The translations under genes were made by a program, and so were the position numbers. 19,518 nucleotides of DNA from Candidatus Zixiibacteriota bacterium (GTDB lineage Bacteria > Zixibacteria > MSB-5A5 > GN15 > FEB-12), in the NCBI GenBank assembly GCA_041742355.1, contig JBGSIV010000015.1, positions 1 to 19,518 on the forward strand, in the 5' to 3' direction. Shown here piece by piece: positions 8,633-17,207 of the stretch. Each line of letters starts with the position of its first letter. Position 1 is the first letter of the stretch. The notes below the pieces were generated by a model. That model was not told where the DNA came from and searched no databases. It saw only the letters and a list, made by a program, of their open reading frames with translations.

Positions 8633-8778
8633 AACCTCACTCCTGTACGGCACGATGGGTAAATGTTCCGATATGTATACACAAACGGCTTCTCAAGGGC
8701 AATGTCATTATTGCCGGCAGGCATGCTGAAAGTAAATCGGAGCCTGTTCGGTCGGATTGGCGGGAGGTGACAGAGAAG

Positions 8779-8808
8779 CCCGGGGCGCCACGATAGTGGC
8801 GCCCCGGG
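8779..8808 (-). terminator. Rho-independent terminator of the 8817-11495 gene
   Basis: CCCGGGGCGCCAC-GATA-GTGGCGCCCCGGG 13-bp stem starting 8 bp after the stop, followed by CTTCTCT on the minus strand. Confidence 0.7.
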
Positions 8809-8816
8809 TTGTGAGT

Positions 8817-11495
8817 CTAGTTACGGAAGAGCAGGTCGATCAGGGCGGGCAGGTCGGAGACATTGACTGCGCCCGAACCGTTCAAATCAACCGCTTCAAC
8901 GTACTGCGGCGCGTCGCCTCCCCGGAAGAGGAAGTTCACGAGACCGGTCAGATCGGAAACCGTCAGGTTGCCGTCGACGTTGAAGTCTCCCTTGCGGTGG
9001 CCGCGGATAACGAGCGAACCGGGGGCGGTGAAGGCGCCGCCGCCAACATACGAGCCTGTCACCGTGAAAGAGCGCACGGCGACACCCCACAGGGTGCCGT
9101 AGGACTGCAGCAGCGTGGTCGGACTGAAGTAGTAGCTGACCACCGGACCGTTGAAGCCGATGACCGATTGGAGAACGCGAACAGAGTCGGCCGGAGGGAG
9201 TTCGGCGATTCCGATGGAGGCAAGGTCCAGTTCCGGACCGATCGGGCTCACCTCGTCATAGCCGATACGGATAGCAGCCGTTTGCGGCGTCAGGGCCCGA
9301 AGAGCAATGATAGAAAGCGTGTCCGGTTTTGATCCAACCCGGAGCACCGCATCGGCAGGGTCGACCGGCACCGGCGCGTCGAGGATTTCTCTCAGTCTGG
9401 AAATTGAGTGAAGGCGATCGTTCCCCTGCCCCACAGCCATCTTGATGAGCACAAACTGACTGTCCCCCGGAAGAAAGGTGAACGGCCCAAACGAAGCCAT
9501 CAAGCGCCGGTCGGCAGGATTCGTATCGATGTCGCCGACACCTGTGACCGGATCGCCCGGTACGGCGTACTTGGTGCCATTGGGCCACGGAGTGCCATCG
9601 GCCTCCAGGCCGCGCATGTAGTTGTAAGTCTCGTTGAAGTCGTTCGGATCGGTGCCGTTTATGTACTTGGCGAAGGCAGTCATAGGCAGATTTCGATACC
9701 CAATTCTCCGATGCCCGTCAAACACGGCGGTGTCGGCAGGCGACGGAACGAGGGGGCCATACAGCGCTTTGAAACCGACCGAAGGGCACCGGGTACCGTA
9801 CTGGTTGTCGAAGTCGCCCCCGTTGTAGCAGAACCAGGTGCTGCTCAAAGTGTCGCAACCGACCAGGTCATCCCCCATCCCACCCAGATCTGGATCCGCC
9901 CAGAGGGCAATGTAACAGTCCTGAATGGTGTTGCCGCCGCGATTATGGAGCTTGTACTTCAGGTAGACGGCGTTGTTTTCACCGCCGACAGGCACGGTCG
10001 TATAGCCGGGCGCGACAAACGAAAACGTATCGGCCAACGAGAGCGGGGCGTTGTCGTAGGTAACGAAACGAACGACCGTTCCGGTCGCCGGAGCCAGGAT
10101 GGTGCCAGAGTGCCCCCCGAAGTAACCCATGAATTTGATGCGGCCGATCTCGAAATCGTCCGGAAAATCGTACACGGTATACATAGGGGTTGGCTCAACA
10201 TAGGGCGTCTCGATGACGTAGATCCGGTCATCCCAACTCCACTGCCCGTCGCCATCATCATCCAAATAGGCGAAGTTGAGGCGAACATCATCAGATGGAT
10301 CATCCGGGGTTCTGACGCCGATATTCCAGACTTCAAAGGGCGCACGGTCATCCTCCCGCATGTCGGTACTCCAGTCATAGTACCACGACCCATCTACGGT
10401 AAAGCGGAACTCCCAACTGGAATTACCCATGAGTCCCAACCAATTCAGGCGCTCGAAGTGGCCTGAAGGACTGGTATCGACATACCAATCGGCAGTCGAG
10501 TTGAGCGAGTACATCACGTTGTCCGGTGGGATCACAGGACCGGAGCCATTGGATACCTCCAGGATCGAGTCCACCCCATTCTTGGCGAACAGCGTTATGC
10601 GGATCGCCAGGCCGTGTGCTGCCGCCGCCGGCGCGGTTTGATGCGACAGCACAGTCTGACCTGTGGTGGCATCGATGAGATCCCAGTCAACCTGGGGATA
10701 CGGGGACTCGTGGAAGGTCACGAAGTAGCTGTGCCCGGTCAACGCGTGTGGGTCCGCAACGGAAATCTCCACTGATCCCTTGCCCGGGCCGATATGGTCG
10801 GCCAGGACTTTTTCGGAGACCACGGCTGTGTCGCTGTAAGCGTAGCTTGGAGCAGCCCACACGGCCTGCTGTATTTCGATTCCCAGGGGGTCTGTATTCC
10901 CGATAAAATTGTCGTGCGCCCGTGGGTCTGCATCATTGTAAACCGTCCAGAGCATCTGGTCCCCGACCATCTTCGGCGTGCCGTCCGCCTTCACCGGCGC
11001 TCCCTGATCAGCCGGCCACTCTATGTAGTCGGTGTTGGGGTTGTCGGCCAGGCTGTCGCGGTGCAGCTTGTAGACCCTAAACTCCGGCCGATCCCACTGG
11101 TATGTGCCACCGGCCATCGGCCCGGGAACATATTCATCCTGATAATCGGCGATCGCAACCCTCGTCTGGCCGTTTACCTTGCCGCCCAGCCACAGACCGG
11201 CGGCATAGAGAACACAGTTTGCGTTCGAAGTGTCCAGTATCGCGTCGATCGTCGTAAACGGATAGAACGTCCCGGCATCACTCCCGAACACATCCCCCAA
11301 ATCCCGCCCGAAGTTCCCATGGTTGGTCACGAACATCAGGATGCGGTTGGCATTGATGTACACGTCGTCATCAATTTGCTTCAACCGTGAGGAATTTGGT
11401 GTCCGATCATCGTCGGCCGACGGCGGTGCGGCAATAGCAACGCCGGCCAGGAGCAGCACCAAAATCGCCCACCCGACTGAAGTTCCGTTCTTCAT
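8817..11495 (-). CDS. Large secreted protein with C-terminal dockerin type I
   Basis: Signal peptide MKNGTSVGWAILVLLLAGVAIA. Motifs LYAAGLWLGG, WPADQGAP, GDQMLWTVYND, WADPDLG, DRRLMASFGPFTFLPGDSQ. Dockerin GDFNVDGNLTVSDLTGLVNFLF...DLNGSGAVNVSDL at ~8820-8993. Confidence 0.9.
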   Translation of the reverse strand: MKNGTSVGWAILVLLLAGVAIAAPPSADDDRTPNSSRLKQIDDDVYINANRILMFVTNHGNFGRDLGDVFGSDAGTFYPFTTIDAILDTSNANCVLYAAGLWLGGKVNGQTRVAIADYQDEYVPGPMAGGTYQWDRPEFRVYKLHRDSLADNPNTDYIEWPADQGAPVKADGTPKMVGDQMLWTVYNDADPRAHDNFIGNTDPLGIEIQQAVWAAPSYAYSDTAVVSEKVLADHIGPGKGSVEISVADPHALTGHSYFVTFHESPYPQVDWDLIDATTGQTVLSHQTAPAAAAHGLAIRITLFAKNGVDSILEVSNGSGPVIPPDNVMYSLNSTADWYVDTSPSGHFERLNWLGLMGNSSWEFRFTVDGSWYYDWSTDMREDDRAPFEVWNIGVRTPDDPSDDVRLNFAYLDDDGDGQWSWDDRIYVIETPYVEPTPMYTVYDFPDDFEIGRIKFMGYFGGHSGTILAPATGTVVRFVTYDNAPLSLADTFSFVAPGYTTVPVGGENNAVYLKYKLHNRGGNTIQDCYIALWADPDLGGMGDDLVGCDTLSSTWFCYNGGDFDNQYGTRCPSVGFKALYGPLVPSPADTAVFDGHRRIGYRNLPMTAFAKYINGTDPNDFNETYNYMRGLEADGTPWPNGTKYAVPGDPVTGVGDIDTNPADRRLMASFGPFTFLPGDSQFVLIKMAVGQGNDRLHSISRLREILDAPVPVDPADAVLRVGSKPDTLSIIALRALTPQTAAIRIGYDEVSPIGPELDLASIGIAELPPADSVRVLQSVIGFNGPVVSYYFSPTTLLQSYGTLWGVAVRSFTVTGSYVGGGAFTAPGSLVIRGHRKGDFNVDGNLTVSDLTGLVNFLFRGGDAPQYVEAVDLNGSGAVNVSDLPALIDLLFRN

Positions 11496-11544
11496 CGTGT
11501 TTTTCAATCCTGCGCAGAAGTTTGATGAATATGATTATAACCCA

Positions 11545-11573
11545 AGTATATCCCCCGATCGACGATTTGTCAA
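11545..11573 (-). promoter_or_regulatory. Near-consensus sigma70 promoter for the large dockerin protein
   Basis: Minus strand TTGACA (11573-11568), 17 bp spacer, TATACT (11550-11545), about 50 bp upstream of the ATG. Confidence 0.8.
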
Positions 11574-11585
11574 TCCAGATTCGGC

Positions 11586-11610
11586 GGAACCCGGATGAGC
11601 GCAACCCGTT
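11586..11610 (+). promoter_or_regulatory. Possible ECF-sigma promoter upstream of the DA1-like gene
   Basis: GGAAC (11586-11590), 16 bp spacer, CGTT (11607-11610). Confidence 0.35.
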
Positions 11611-11717
11611 TCAGAAGCGGAACGCCGCCCCTTCGGAGCCGACTGCCGGGAATTCGTCGCCCGTTTTTTTCTCCTTTGTGTCGCCAATCGTGTATATTCG
11701 TGTGTCATGGAGTAGAA

Positions 11718-12809
11718 ATGAAGAAGTACCCGCCGTTCTCACTGCTGCTACTACTGACCTTGATCCTCCTCGCCGCCGGCAGCCTTCTGGCCGACACGAA
11801 AATCTGTGCCGTCTGCGGCCAGCCGATCACCGGCGGCACGTTTGTTGAAGTCGAGGGCAAGGCCTACCACTCCGAACACTTCTGCTGCGCCCGGTGCGGC
11901 CAACCGATCGGCGACGCACCCTACTGGACCGTCGAGGGCCACTACTACGACAGCACTTGCTACGTGAATCACGTCGCCGCGCGATGCACCTACTGCGGCG
12001 AACCGATTACAGAAGAATGGATTACCGACGACAGCGGCGCCTACCATACCACGTGCTACTACGAGCACGTGGCCCCGCGCTGCTTTGTCTGCAACAAGGC
12101 CATCGACGGGCGCTATTTCGTCGATGAATTCGGCCAGACTGTCTGCGACGCCTGCAACAGCAAAATCCTCCATTGTCACTCCTGCAGCCGAATGATCTCC
12201 CCTGACGCGGCGGCGGTGCAGCGGTACGACGATGGCCGGGTCATGTGCTCGGTCTGCCGCGAAAGCGCGGTCATGAAACTCGACGAGGCCCGGAAGATGA
12301 TGGAAGAGGTGCGGCGTGATCTCAAGGCGGAAGGGATCGACGTCAAGGGCGGCGTCGACTTGCAACTGGTCAGCCAACCGGAATTGGCCCGTCACTCCAA
12401 CTGGCTCAACGAAGATCGCCTGGGGGTGACCGAGTTCACAAAAACCCCCGCCCCCGGCATTATCGGGGTCTTTGCCTCCAACAAAGACTTTCGCATTCAT
12501 GTGCTCTACGGCCTTCCCCGCGTGCAGCTCCGCAAAGTCCTGGCCCACGAACTCATGCACGTCTGGCTGTTCAAGAACGGCCCGCCCGACCACGAACGGC
12601 AGCTGTGCGAGGGCAGCTGCGAGTACGCCTCGTTTCTCGTTCTCTCCCGGAACCCCTCGGACGAATCCCGGTTTTATGTTAATAGGCTCATGGATAACCC
12701 GGATCCGGTTTACGGTGAGGGGTTTCGCAAGGTCTCAGCTTTGGTGAACCGAATCGGGAAAGAGAACTGGCTTGAACACCTCCGGGAGCACTCGCACGCT
12801 CCGTGGTGA
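11718..12809 (+). CDS. Secreted LIM zinc-finger protein with DA1-like HExxH metallopeptidase domain
   Basis: Signal peptide MKKYPPFSLLLLLTLILLAAGSLLA. LIM pattern CAVC..HSEHFCCARC..DSTC, then CTYC..HTTC, CFVC..CDAC, CHSC..CSVC. Peptidase motifs VLYGLPR..LAHELMHVWL..CEGSCE..DPVYGEGFR. GGAG RBS. Confidence 0.9.
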   Translation: MKKYPPFSLLLLLTLILLAAGSLLADTKICAVCGQPITGGTFVEVEGKAYHSEHFCCARCGQPIGDAPYWTVEGHYYDSTCYVNHVAARCTYCGEPITEEWITDDSGAYHTTCYYEHVAPRCFVCNKAIDGRYFVDEFGQTVCDACNSKILHCHSCSRMISPDAAAVQRYDDGRVMCSVCRESAVMKLDEARKMMEEVRRDLKAEGIDVKGGVDLQLVSQPELARHSNWLNEDRLGVTEFTKTPAPGIIGVFASNKDFRIHVLYGLPRVQLRKVLAHELMHVWLFKNGPPDHERQLCEGSCEYASFLVLSRNPSDESRFYVNRLMDNPDPVYGEGFRKVSALVNRIGKENWLEHLREHSHAPW

Positions 12810-13069
12810 AGCCCTCCCCCGATCACGTTCTGTAATCATCACATCCCCGCACCATCCGCCCTCCTCCATTGCCCGACAGACCACCCCCCGATGACTCGCT
12901 ATCACCGTGAGCCTCGGCTTCTCGTGAATCCGGCGCACGTTCGGCTGGCCCGGTGCGCCGCCCGTTGCCGGTAGGAACACACGCGTTGAGCATACGAATT
13001 AGCGCCAGGGGAAACCAGCGGGATGGAAACGAAGCGGAAGATGGATCAACTCAAGAACCCGGAGGATGT

Positions 13070-13843
13070 ATGTCTTTAGGAACCCATACACGTTGGGATG
13101 GATTGAAGAAATTCGCGACCCTGGGGGTAGCCCTCAGCCTGGCGTTCGCTTTGGCTTCATGCCAACAGGAAGGCGACCAGCAAAGCCAATCCGGCGCGCA
13201 GGGCGACAGTCAACAGGCGGAGCAGATGTACCGGGCGGAGCTCTCCGGCTTGAACAGCGAGTACGCCGATGGCGAGATCTCGGGCACCGCAACGGTCGAA
13301 ATCCGCAACGACTCGGCGACCATCACCCTCGATGCCCAGGGACTCGCTCCCGGGATGATGCACATAGCCCACTACCACGGGTTCGCCGACGGTCAGGCCG
13401 CACAGTGCCCCTCGCCCGAGCAGGATCAGAATGACGATGGTATCGTCGACATGAATGAAGCCAGCCAGGCGATCGGTGATCCGCTCATCCCCTTTACGGA
13501 AAATCCGACCGAACTCAATATCCAGTCGCAGAACTACCCCGTCGCCGACTCCTCGGGGCGCCTCTTCTACACGCAGACGGTTGCGCTGGAGGACCTGCGC
13601 AACACCCTTCAGCAGGAGCACGGCATCAGCGACCTGGACTTCTCCAACTTCGTCGTGAATATCCACGGCATCCAGGATACGACACTCCCGCAGTCGGTCC
13701 AGGGTATGCCGGGCATGCCGGCGCACATGACCGTACCGGTCGCCTGCGGTAAGTTCGAGCAGCAGGAGGGCGACCAGGCGAGCATCCAGCCGGGAATCGA
13801 AGATGACTGGCGAGCCAATGGCTACCGCAGGACCGATCGGTAG
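13070..13843 (+). CDS. Lipoprotein, His-rich CHRD or Cu/Zn-SOD-like fold with EF-hand-like loop
   Basis: Lipobox LASC after a hydrophobic stretch. GLAPGMMHIAHYHG, DQNDDGIVDMNE, VVNIHG, PVACG. GGAGG RBS. Confidence 0.75.
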   Translation: MSLGTHTRWDGLKKFATLGVALSLAFALASCQQEGDQQSQSGAQGDSQQAEQMYRAELSGLNSEYADGEISGTATVEIRNDSATITLDAQGLAPGMMHIAHYHGFADGQAAQCPSPEQDQNDDGIVDMNEASQAIGDPLIPFTENPTELNIQSQNYPVADSSGRLFYTQTVALEDLRNTLQQEHGISDLDFSNFVVNIHGIQDTTLPQSVQGMPGMPAHMTVPVACGKFEQQEGDQASIQPGIEDDWRANGYRRTDR

Positions 13844-13887
13844 AGCGGCTGCCGGACATCGCGTGCGAACTTGACCCCTTGTCGCAA

Positions 13888-13913
13888 ACGGCCCCGCCGG
13901 TTGGCGGGGCCGT
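13888..13913. terminator. Hairpin between convergent genes (probable bidirectional terminator)
   Basis: ACGGCCCCGCC-GGTT-GGCGGGGCCGT, flanked by AA and CTTC. Confidence 0.65.
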
Positions 13914-13984
13914 CTTCATGAACAGCGCGTTCTCTAATCCCTTCCGACAAATTTTCAGGCGACAGTCGGTGCGGCGGCAGCGGC

Positions 13985-16810
13985 TCACTCCAGCGGGTGG
14001 CCTTCGGCAACTTCGGCAATCCGCAGCATCTCGGGTATCAGCCGGCGCTCACGAGTAGCTGCCTGGTTCTCTTTCAACAGGGCCAGACCTTCGGCCCTGT
14101 CTTCGTCCGACCGCCCCAGGTGCAGAAGTATCTCCCCGAGAAACGTCTTCAGATGGACGATGCATTCCGTATCGCAGGATTCGACCGCAGCATCGCACGC
14201 CTGGCGAAGCTGGCGAACACCGGCAAAGTAAACACCCTCGCGAGCTGTCACGGCCGCCTGGATCGCCGATGCCTGCACCATGATCGCCTTCTCCCCCAGT
14301 TCCTTGGCAACACCGGTGGCGGCGGTAGCCTCTTTGCGGGCCGCTGCGTACTCCCCCGCATAGTAGTAGCGGTGAGCCAGCATGACCCGGGCGAGGCCGA
14401 CATTGCGGTTGAGCCCGGCCGCTTCGGCGATTCGCAGCGATGACTCATATTGCTCGGTCGCGCGGGCAAATTCCCGCTCAAAGAGCGCGATATTCCCCAG
14501 CCGCAAGAGGGCATCGGACTCGGCCAGCGGGTGCGAAATCTCGTGGGCCAGCGCCAGCGCTCGCTCGGCGGCCTTTCGCGCCTGATCCGGTTCGCCGAGC
14601 GTCAGCCGGATGTGGCTGATGTTAATCAATGTCATGGCATAGGTCCCGCGGTCGCCGAGTTCTTTGAAGGCGTTGCCGGCTTCGTTGAGCAGTTCGAGAC
14701 CCTCGTTGTGATTGCCCCGATGGAGCTCAATCAAACCCATATTCATCCGCGGGCGGGCCGCCATCGCTTTATCGCCCAGGCGCGTGTGCACCTCCCACGC
14801 CTGACGGTAATACTCCAGCGCCTCGTCGTATTTCCCACGGAAGTACTGCACGTTGCCGATATTGCTGTAGCACGCTCCCTGCAGCGAAAGATTGTCCACC
14901 CGCCGGGACAACTCCAGCGCCTCCTCGTAGAGGTCGAGCGCGCGGTCGAAATCCCCCTTCCGGGCATACACCACCCCCATGCTCTTGAGGGCGTCGCCGA
15001 TTCGTTCCTGGTCATCGAGATGCCGGCTGATTTCCAGCACCCGGTCGAACAACAGCAGCGCTTCATCAAAACGCGCCTGCGGCTGGAGAATCGCGATCTG
15101 GACTCCAAGCGTGTCGACCTCGCCGGCGAGATCGCGCAGATCGCGCACAATTTCGAGCGCCTGTTCGGCATGCGACCAGGCCTCCTTCCAGTCGGACTGC
15201 CGGATAAAGTGCCGTGCGAGCAGGCGGAGAATTGCCGCCTGGTCGGCTTTCTGATTGCGCTCCTTCGCTTCCGTGTACGCCGAACGCAGCTCCACCACCG
15301 CCTGCGACGACTCACCCCGGTAGAGCAGCACCTCGGCAATACCCGTGCGCGCCGCCAGCAGGCTCGGCTCCTGCGTGAGCGCCTGACGATACAGGTCGAG
15401 CGCCTTGGCGACATCGGTCGTATCCTTCTTCTGGTCAAACAGGTACTTGCCGCGCAGGTACGCCTCGTACGCCTCGTGATCCTTGGCTTCCGGCAAACCG
15501 ACCTGCGCCGCCACCACCACCGACTGGCCGATCTGCAGCGCCTCGATAATTGCCTGCGCCAGCGCCGTCTTGATCTTCGGCAGCGTCGAGACATCCTGCT
15601 CCCAGCGGCCTGCCCAGAGATTGTCGCTACTGGCGACATCGACCAACTGCGCCGACACCCGGATCTTCTCCCCCGCCCGGTGTATGGAGCCATCGAGCAC
15701 ATACCCGACATTCAACTTGGCGGCAATCTCCTCAAGATCCGCGTCGGATTCCTTGAATTTCAGCACCGAACGCATCGGCGCGACGCGGACCGATCCCACG
15801 CGGGTCAGATCGACAATAAGATCCTCGGTGATGCCGAAACAGAGGAATTCATCCTCATCGGGGCCGAGGTTGCGCAGGTAGAGCACCGCGAGCGACCGCA
15901 CCGTTGGCGGCCGCATGACGCTCGAAGCCATGCCAACGTTCGAGACTATCTGGCTGGTCGCGGTCAGACGTTTGAGATCGTCGGCCATTTCACGTGCGCT
16001 CGGATAGCGTTCGGCGGCCCGTTTGGCCAGCGCCCGCTTGAGAATAACCGTCAACTGCTCGGGCAAGTCGACCCGGTGACGGCCGAGCGGCGGCGGCTCG
16101 TCATGGACCACCGCGTGCAGAGTAGCGGCAATATTGGAACGCTTGAAAGGTTGAATTCCGGTGATCGCTTCGTAGAGCACCACTCCGAGGGCGAAGACAT
16201 CGCTGCGCGGACCAACCTGCTTCCCCTCGGCTTGTTCCGGAGACATGTAGTTGACCGTACCGACCGCCGTGCCGACCTGGGTTAGCGCCTCGTCCTCTTC
16301 AGCCTTGGCCAGGCCGAAATCGAGTATGCGCACCCGGCCGTCGTCGCCGATAATGATATTGCCCGGCTTGATGTCGCGGTGGACCATGTTTCGGGCGTGA
16401 GCCGCCGCAATCCCCTCACAGATTTGGATCATAATATCGAGGAGGAGTTCCTGCTTGAGCGAACCCTTACTCGTGAAGTTGTCGAGCGGACAGCCCTTGA
16501 CGAACTCCATGGCGATGAACGCCTGCCCCTCGTGTTCGCCAACCTCGTAGATCGTGATGACATTGGGGTGATTGAGCGCGGCGGCGGCACGGGCTTCGCG
16601 GATGAAACGGGCGCGGAAAGACTCATCGACACTGAACCGGGGCGACAGAAACTTCAGCGCTACTTCACGATTGAGGGAATTGTCTTTAGCCAGCCAGACT
16701 TCGCCCATGCCGCCGATGCCCAGACGGTCCCCGAGCGTGTACCGGCCAATGGTTGCGCCCGCATTCGGGATGAAGATTGCGCGCGTGCTGTCGTCGTGCG
16801 GCTCTGCCAT
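13985..16810 (-). CDS. Hanks-type Ser/Thr protein kinase with TolB-N-like domain and long TPR array
   Basis: LGIGGMGEV, VALK, HRDIKPGN, DFGLAK, GTVNYMSPEQ, SDVFALG. SLAVLYLRNL..GITEDLIVDL..LDGSI (TolB_N-like). Many TPR repeats. No TM segment. Probable start MAEPHDDST at 16810. Confidence 0.93.
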   Translation of the reverse strand: MAEPHDDSTRAIFIPNAGATIGRYTLGDRLGIGGMGEVWLAKDNSLNREVALKFLSPRFSVDESFRARFIREARAAAALNHPNVITIYEVGEHEGQAFIAMEFVKGCPLDNFTSKGSLKQELLLDIMIQICEGIAAAHARNMVHRDIKPGNIIIGDDGRVRILDFGLAKAEEDEALTQVGTAVGTVNYMSPEQAEGKQVGPRSDVFALGVVLYEAITGIQPFKRSNIAATLHAVVHDEPPPLGRHRVDLPEQLTVILKRALAKRAAERYPSAREMADDLKRLTATSQIVSNVGMASSVMRPPTVRSLAVLYLRNLGPDEDEFLCFGITEDLIVDLTRVGSVRVAPMRSVLKFKESDADLEEIAAKLNVGYVLDGSIHRAGEKIRVSAQLVDVASSDNLWAGRWEQDVSTLPKIKTALAQAIIEALQIGQSVVVAAQVGLPEAKDHEAYEAYLRGKYLFDQKKDTTDVAKALDLYRQALTQEPSLLAARTGIAEVLLYRGESSQAVVELRSAYTEAKERNQKADQAAILRLLARHFIRQSDWKEAWSHAEQALEIVRDLRDLAGEVDTLGVQIAILQPQARFDEALLLFDRVLEISRHLDDQERIGDALKSMGVVYARKGDFDRALDLYEEALELSRRVDNLSLQGACYSNIGNVQYFRGKYDEALEYYRQAWEVHTRLGDKAMAARPRMNMGLIELHRGNHNEGLELLNEAGNAFKELGDRGTYAMTLINISHIRLTLGEPDQARKAAERALALAHEISHPLAESDALLRLGNIALFEREFARATEQYESSLRIAEAAGLNRNVGLARVMLAHRYYYAGEYAAARKEATAATGVAKELGEKAIMVQASAIQAAVTAREGVYFAGVRQLRQACDAAVESCDTECIVHLKTFLGEILLHLGRSDEDRAEGLALLKENQAATRERRLIPEMLRIAEVAEGHPLE

Positions 16811-17085
16811 ATACAGTGTGTAACAAGAAACCCATATCAGTGGATTTCCGGTTCGGATGGCCTCCCAAGGCTCCCCGTAATCTACTGTCCTGCTTAGCCT
16901 TACCGGAAGGTCTACGGTGCGATTCCGGGGCGTAGTATCGGTGTGTAGGCGCCCAGGGTCTTCCGGCGCCTCTCTACGCAAAGTAAGACAGATTCAGCCC
17001 AAAAAGCAAAGAATAATCGCGTCCTCGTGAGCGACGTTCCTCCGAGCCGGTCAAGCCAGGATCCTGGGAGCTTCGACAACCAATG

Positions 17086-17114
17086 TTGACAAATTTGCCT
17101 CTATTTGTTATGTT
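17086..17114 (+). promoter_or_regulatory. Sigma70 promoter for the 17208 gene
   Basis: TTGACA (17086-17091), 17 bp spacer, TATGTT (17109-17114) with extended -10 TG, in an AT-rich intergenic region. Confidence 0.7.
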
Positions 17115-17207
17115 TTGGTAGCTCTACAGAAGTTCGCGTGGAGCGCAGGGGAACTAACTAGAATTTCTACAGAAAACCTATACCAATAACTCGGACAGGC
17201 GATATCC

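Noticed and set aside
5137..10466. Long plus-strand ORFs 5137-6195, 8757-9332 and 9408-10466
   Set aside because: All lie antisense to well-supported genes. The similarity of 8757-9332 to 18961-19287 only reflects the antisense of dockerin codons.
14450..16285. 611-aa plus-strand ORF
   Set aside because: Antisense shadow of the kinase-TPR gene with no recognisable motifs. Long shadow ORFs are expected at this GC content.
16811..16830. Leaderless promoter for the kinase
   Set aside because: No SD is visible, but the candidate -10 (TACACA) lacks the conserved final T and no -35 is evident. Too weak to call.
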